This document shows, in pieces, positions 59,862 to 64,000 of a stretch of 64,000 nt of DNA. The DNA lies in the NCBI GenBank assembly GCA_051252135.1, contig JBPOGH010000004.1, forward strand, positions 128,001 through 192,000, read 5' to 3'. Source of the DNA: Verrucomicrobiaceae bacterium. Its GTDB lineage: Bacteria; Verrucomicrobiota; Verrucomicrobiia; Verrucomicrobiales; Akkermansiaceae. A program made the position numbers and the translations under genes. Below the pieces are notes generated by a model that did not search any database, was not told the DNA's origin, and was given only the letters and a program-made list of their open reading frames with translations. Each line of letters starts with the position of its first letter. The first letter of the stretch is position 1.

Positions 59862-59992
59862 GCGTGAAAACAACGTAACTGCGGGGCTTGCAGGATGTTT
59901 TTGGGTGTTCTCCTAGCAAGAAGACGACACAAAATGACGCGTGTTGTGTCAGCTTGTCACACGCTTATGACACGGCAGGAGCCGGGGGGGGA

Positions 59993-60631
59993 TTAGGTCC
60001 GGGAAGCGAGGAGGGCTTCGGAGAGTTCGGCGATCGTACGGATGGGTGGCCAGCCATGGGGAAATCCGTATCCCCAGTTGACGATGAAGGGTTGCATGCC
60101 GGCGTTTTGGGCGGTGGCGAGGTCGACATCGGAATCGCCGACGTAGGCGATTTCATGCGGGGAGACGTTCCAATCGGATGCGATTTGGAGGGACTTGGCG
60201 GGGTCGGGTTTTTTGGGGAAGGAATCCTGGTGGCCGTAGATGCCGTCGAAGAGAGAGGCGTCGAAGAGTTCTTCGATGATTTGGACGGTGAAGGGGTGGG
60301 GTTTATTGGAGAGGACTCCGAGGGTGAATCCGGCTTGCTTGAGGGTCTTGAGGAGTTCGGGGATGCCGGGGAAGATGAGAGTGCCGGTGGGCCAGGTGTC
60401 CTGGTAGTGATTTTGGAATCCGGCGAGGATGAGGGGGCCGAGTTCATCCTTGCGGTCACCGAGTGCTTTGTCGGCGAGGGCGGCGGCGCCATTTCCGATG
60501 AATCCGGTGACTTCTTTTTGGGAATAGGGAGGGAGGCCCTGTTCTTCGAGGGCGCGGTTGAGAGCGAGGGTGATTCCGGGGAGGGAATCGACGAGAGTGC
60601 CATCGAGATCAAAGAGAACGCCGTGAATCAT
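59993..60631 (-). CDS. HAD family hydrolase (phosphoglycolate phosphatase-like)
   Basis: FDLDGTLVDS, LSNKP, KKPDP, VGDSDVD, WGYG. Confidence 0.92.
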   Translation of the reverse strand: MIHGVLFDLDGTLVDSLPGITLALNRALEEQGLPPYSQKEVTGFIGNGAAALADKALGDRKDELGPLILAGFQNHYQDTWPTGTLIFPGIPELLKTLKQAGFTLGVLSNKPHPFTVQIIEELFDASLFDGIYGHQDSFPKKPDPAKSLQIASDWNVSPHEIAYVGDSDVDLATAQNAGMQPFIVNWGYGFPHGWPPIRTIAELSEALLASRT

Positions 60632-60715
60632 GGAGGGGGGATAGACTGAAATTTGGTGGTCTGCACGGCAGAAAGTTTGACAGGATGATGGGCATTCATC
60701 AGTAATTCCTGTGAC

Positions 60716-61135
60716 ATGATGAATATTCCATTCAAGACCCTCGCCCTTGCCGCTGTACTTGGTTTTACGCCAATCAGTTCGATTTATGCCGATGATACTC
60801 CGCTTGCCGAGCAAATGGAGGAGTTGAGCGGTTCATTGAAGCGTTTGCGCCGGGCAGAGACGGTGCAGGAGAAAGTGGACCTGATTCACGCGGCACAGGC
60901 GGCGGTGATCAAGGGGCTTGAGTATCTTCCTGCAAGTTTTAAGGACATCAAGGATGCCAAGGAGTTGGCCAAGTCGACTGCGGGTTACAAGCAGATGACG
61001 GGTCAGAGTTATGTGCTTCTTTGTCAGCTGGAGTTGGCTGTCCTCGCCGAGGATGAGGCACAGTATGACGAGGTGATGGACAAGCTCAAGGATGCCAAGA
61101 AAGAGGGTCACAAGGCCTACAAGGCGGAAGAGTAA
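60716..61135 (+). CDS. Periplasmic cytochrome b562-like four-helix protein
   Basis: Signal peptide; N-terminal LAEQM and C-terminal KKEGHKAYK match the Met/His heme-ligand placement; no CxxCH. Confidence 0.6.
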   Translation: MMNIPFKTLALAAVLGFTPISSIYADDTPLAEQMEELSGSLKRLRRAETVQEKVDLIHAAQAAVIKGLEYLPASFKDIKDAKELAKSTAGYKQMTGQSYVLLCQLELAVLAEDEAQYDEVMDKLKDAKKEGHKAYKAEE

Positions 61136-61175
61136 GATGTTCGTCCGGTTTTTGAGGCCGGAGCGATTTTAAGGG

Positions 61176-61264
61176 AACGTCCGGGCCGATGGGTCCGGGC
61201 GTTTTTTTTGGTTGGTGGGCGGGGGAGACGAAAAAGCGCACGACCAGAATGGTGCGTGCGCTTT
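61176..61264. terminator. Two back-to-back intrinsic terminators between convergent genes
   Basis: ACGTCCGGGCC...GGTCCGGGCGT followed by a T run (+); AAAAAGCGCACG...CGTGCGCTTT (-). Confidence 0.7.
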
Positions 61265-61287
61265 GGAGGGATTGATCGGATCAGTGA

Positions 61288-61890
61288 TTACTGAACGACG
61301 ACGATGGGGCTGCCCTTGGCGATCTTGCGATAGATGTCATCGATGACGTCATGGGGCGTGCGGACGCAGCCGTTTGATCCGGGGTAGCGGTGGACGTAGC
61401 CGGAGCCGTGCATGCCGATGCCACCGCCGGTCATGCGCATCCAGTAGGGAAGGGAGGCGCCGACGTATTTGTCGCGACGGCCTTTGTATTTTCGGCGATC
61501 ACCACCGTGGACGCGGCGGCCCTTGTAGTAGGTGGTGCCGAAGATGTTGGAGCGTTTGTCGACGATCTTTTCCTGGACGCGGTAGCGGCCGGGAGGGGTG
61601 CGTTTGCCTGCTTTGCCGGTGCAGACGGGGGTATCGATGGCGACTTGTTTTTCGGGTCCCACGAGGAGTTGGGCGCGTTGGTCGGAGAGGTCGATGCGGA
61701 TTTCGGTGTTTCCGTGCACGGCGGCGTCATAGACTGCGCGATTGCGATAAACCTTTGAGCTCTGCCGGTAGTCGGACTTGGCTTTGAACGCCGAGTAGGA
61801 CGTGACGGAGGTGGAGGTAGAGACATCCGAGCAGCTGCTGAGTGCGAGGGCACCGAGAGCAAGAGCGAGGAGTGAAGCCAGTGATTTCAT
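61288..61890 (-). CDS. L,D-transpeptidase (YkuD) lipoprotein
   Basis: Lipobox LSSC; TPPG.Y, PYWMR, IGMHG...SNGCVR. Confidence 0.92.
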   Translation of the reverse strand: MKSLASLLALALGALALSSCSDVSTSTSVTSYSAFKAKSDYRQSSKVYRNRAVYDAAVHGNTEIRIDLSDQRAQLLVGPEKQVAIDTPVCTGKAGKRTPPGRYRVQEKIVDKRSNIFGTTYYKGRRVHGGDRRKYKGRRDKYVGASLPYWMRMTGGGIGMHGSGYVHRYPGSNGCVRTPHDVIDDIYRKIAKGSPIVVVQ

Positions 61891-62056
61891 TGTGTTGTGT
61901 TATTAGGGGGTGGGGGTTTTAGGTTGTGTGGACAAATTGCTTCACGCTGCGACCAGCGGGGAAGAAAAGGTAATTAATATCGGCAGTGAGGTATGAGAAA
62001 GCAGCTTTTCGGCTCATTTTCCGTCTGCCTTCGTTAGCAATCGGGTTATTGATGAT

Positions 62057-62716
62057 TTAGGGTTCGACGACCACGGGGGTGCCGACTTTTGTTTTACTGA
62101 AGACGATTGGAACAGCGGAGTAGTGGCTGCGGATGCATCCGTGGGAGGCATACCGGCTGTTGACGTTTCCTTTGTGCATGCCGATGCCATCACCGGTCAA
62201 GCGCATCCAGTAGAGCATGGGAGCGCCGACGAACTTGCCGCCTTCGGGGATTTCGTCCTTGCGGGCGTCGGCGTTGGATTTGGCGACTTTTCCTGCGGCA
62301 TTGTAGATGGTGCCGTAGAGGTTGGATCGTTTGTCTTTGACCTTTTCGGTGATGCGGAAGTTGCCGGTGGGGGTGTCATATTTACCGCGACGACCGGTGG
62401 ATATCCGGTAGTCGATAGCGACCTCGTCATTGACGAGGAGAAAGCCCCGTTGGGTGGAGATGTTGATCCGCACGCTGGTGTTGCCTGGATTGGCGGTAGC
62501 GAGGAGGGAATCGTTTTTCCAGGTGCGGGTGGTGCCGGGATATTTTTCGGCTTTGAAGTGATCGTAGGTTCCCGGGGGGTAGGGGTTGACGAATCCGGCC
62601 TTCTTGGGATTTGCGACCGAGGCAGCCTGGTCGGGGGGAGGGGTGGGGCCGCAGCTGGTGAGAAAAAGGCCAGCGATGAGGAGAAGTGTCAGGGAGAAAA
62701 GACGGTGAAGGGGCAT
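62057..62716 (-). CDS. L,D-transpeptidase (YkuD) lipoprotein
   Basis: Lipobox LTSC; TPTG.F, YWMRL, IGMHKG...SHGCIR. Confidence 0.92.
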   Translation of the reverse strand: MPLHRLFSLTLLLIAGLFLTSCGPTPPPDQAASVANPKKAGFVNPYPPGTYDHFKAEKYPGTTRTWKNDSLLATANPGNTSVRINISTQRGFLLVNDEVAIDYRISTGRRGKYDTPTGNFRITEKVKDKRSNLYGTIYNAAGKVAKSNADARKDEIPEGGKFVGAPMLYWMRLTGDGIGMHKGNVNSRYASHGCIRSHYSAVPIVFSKTKVGTPVVVEP

Positions 62717-62854
62717 GGGGCAATGTGCTTAGGTGGGGCAAAGTATAGGACTGGTTCAGATGAACACAAGGGGCAAGAGGCTTAAATTAAGGTGTTGGAA
62801 AACTAGCATTTAATGATTGACGCGCGGTTCAATTGCTGTTTTTTTAGCACCGAA

Positions 62855-63694
62855 ATGAATGTGAGTGAAGTAATAAGTTATTGGAAGAAGCAGGGAGGAT
62901 TGGGGTTGGTTGCATTGGTGTTGGCGAGTTGTGCGGGAGTGCCGGCATCCCGCTATCCGGCAGCACCGAGCATGACTGCGGACGCGTCCAGGGAAGGGGC
63001 TGGACAGATGAGAGCAAGAAGTGCGCCAGTGAATCGTCCGGGGTTGGCAACGGGATTTGGGGAGCGGATGGACTCGTCGATGGGTTACACGGATTTTGTG
63101 AGGGGGAGTTCGAAGCCGATCTCGGTCTCGATGATCCGCTACAACGATGAGGAGGGGGCGAAGGCGATGGATGTGAACCGTTCGTCGAGTCTTTCGGGAT
63201 TGCGCAAGGTGAGTGAGGGATACGTGGAGTGGGGAGTGAAGAGCAACTGGCGGACTTTGAAGAATTACTGGTGGCGGGGTGACCGGCTGGTGATTGGGAG
63301 GAAGGGAAGCAATTATTCGTTGTTGGTGAAGAATCTGACGCGGTCGCGCCTTGAAGTGGTGTTGAGCGTGGATGGTCTGGATGTGATTGACGGGAAGACG
63401 GCGAGCACGAGGAAGAGGGGTTACATTGTTCATCCGGGAAAGACGCTGGAGGTGAAGGGGTTCCGGACGAGTCACGATGCGGTGGCGGCGTTTGAATTTT
63501 CCTCGGTGAGGAATTCCTATGCCAATCTGAAGCATGGAGAAACGCGGAATGTGGGGGTGTTGGGGCTGGCGGTGTATCCGGAGAAGGGGATTGACCCGTG
63601 GAATGGGTATGGACGGGAAGGTGAGAGGCGGGTGCGGGCGCGGGCCTTTGCGGAGGAGCCGATCTTCCGGGCGCGCAATGTGACAACGGACTGA
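62855..63694 (+). CDS. Hypothetical lipoprotein
   Basis: VLASC lipobox; conserved-looking core LEVVLSVDGLDVIDGK...RGYIVHPG...GFRTS...NVGVLGLAVY; start uncertain. Confidence 0.75.
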   Translation: MNVSEVISYWKKQGGLGLVALVLASCAGVPASRYPAAPSMTADASREGAGQMRARSAPVNRPGLATGFGERMDSSMGYTDFVRGSSKPISVSMIRYNDEEGAKAMDVNRSSSLSGLRKVSEGYVEWGVKSNWRTLKNYWWRGDRLVIGRKGSNYSLLVKNLTRSRLEVVLSVDGLDVIDGKTASTRKRGYIVHPGKTLEVKGFRTSHDAVAAFEFSSVRNSYANLKHGETRNVGVLGLAVYPEKGIDPWNGYGREGERRVRARAFAEEPIFRARNVTTD

Positions 63695-63714
63695 TTGAAT
63701 CTATGAATACGATA

Positions 63715-63834
63715 ATGAAACTACTGACAGTGGCGCTTGCTGCGATCGCGATGGGAATGTTGAGCAGCTGCGGGTCTTCGCCGGCAGCGGTGGACACAAC
63801 GATTCCGGGCCCGATTGAGATCGGGAACAAGTAA
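63715..63834 (+). CDS. Small lipoprotein (39 aa)
   Basis: MKLLTVALAAIAMGMLSSC-GSSPAAVDTTIPGPIEIGNK*, clear lipobox, followed by a terminator-like hairpin; below the ORF-track cutoff. Confidence 0.75.
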   Translation: MKLLTVALAAIAMGMLSSCGSSPAAVDTTIPGPIEIGNK

Positions 63835-63895
63835 GCGGTCCCACTTGAAACGCACCACTCAGTCCGTTGCGGTCCGGGTGGTTTTTTACGCCAAT

Positions 63896-63934
63896 AAAAA
63901 AGCCGCCTTTCCGCGGAGATGCGGGAAGGCGGCT
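63896..63934 (-). terminator. Intrinsic terminator of the gene entering from the right edge
   Basis: Minus strand AGCCGCCTTCCCGC...GCGGAAAGGCGGCT followed by a T run. Confidence 0.75.
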
Positions 63935-63957
63935 GTGAAATGAAAAGAAGGGGGCAG

Positions 63958-64000
63958 TTAGGACCGCTTGCGACGGAGGCCGAGAGCGAAGGCCGCTGCA
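63958..64000 (-). CDS. C-terminal end of a probable PEP-CTERM protein (partial)
   Basis: ...AAAFALGLRRKRS*, a hydrophobic helix plus basic tail. Confidence 0.55.
   Translation of the reverse strand, partial: AAAFALGLRRKRS

Overview
Bacterial chromosomal window, most likely Verrucomicrobiota (inferred from PEP-CTERM proteins, the sdhCAB type, apparently leaderless promoters and overall gene content). The + strand has an extreme G-over-C skew, so most ORF-track entries are shadow ORFs. Housekeeping genes include leuB, sdhCAB, ychF, rsmI-lptE-bamD, gluQ, tsaA, gcvTHP, hpt, menC/menE-like genes, phoH-like, two Hsp20 genes, two L,D-transpeptidases and tRNA-Val(GAC). Main features missed by the ORF track: (1) a probable secreted heavy-metal-associated (HMA/MerP-like) selenoprotein with an in-frame UGA in a U-x3-C motif followed by a SECIS-like hairpin (15926-16264, - strand); (2) an integron cassette array with no integrase in the window, with two attC sites, matching core sites, its own promoter and decaying cassettes (about 43600-45540); (3) an ERIC/MITE-like 205-bp element; (4) a tandem active plus catalytically dead Deg/HtrA protease pair; (5) a BrxR/CapW-like WYL regulator divergent from a vWA gene; (6) a sigma-54-type promoter with upstream repeats before the hsp20 pair; (7) several families of intergenic repeats. 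All product calls come from motif recognition by eye; no database search was run.
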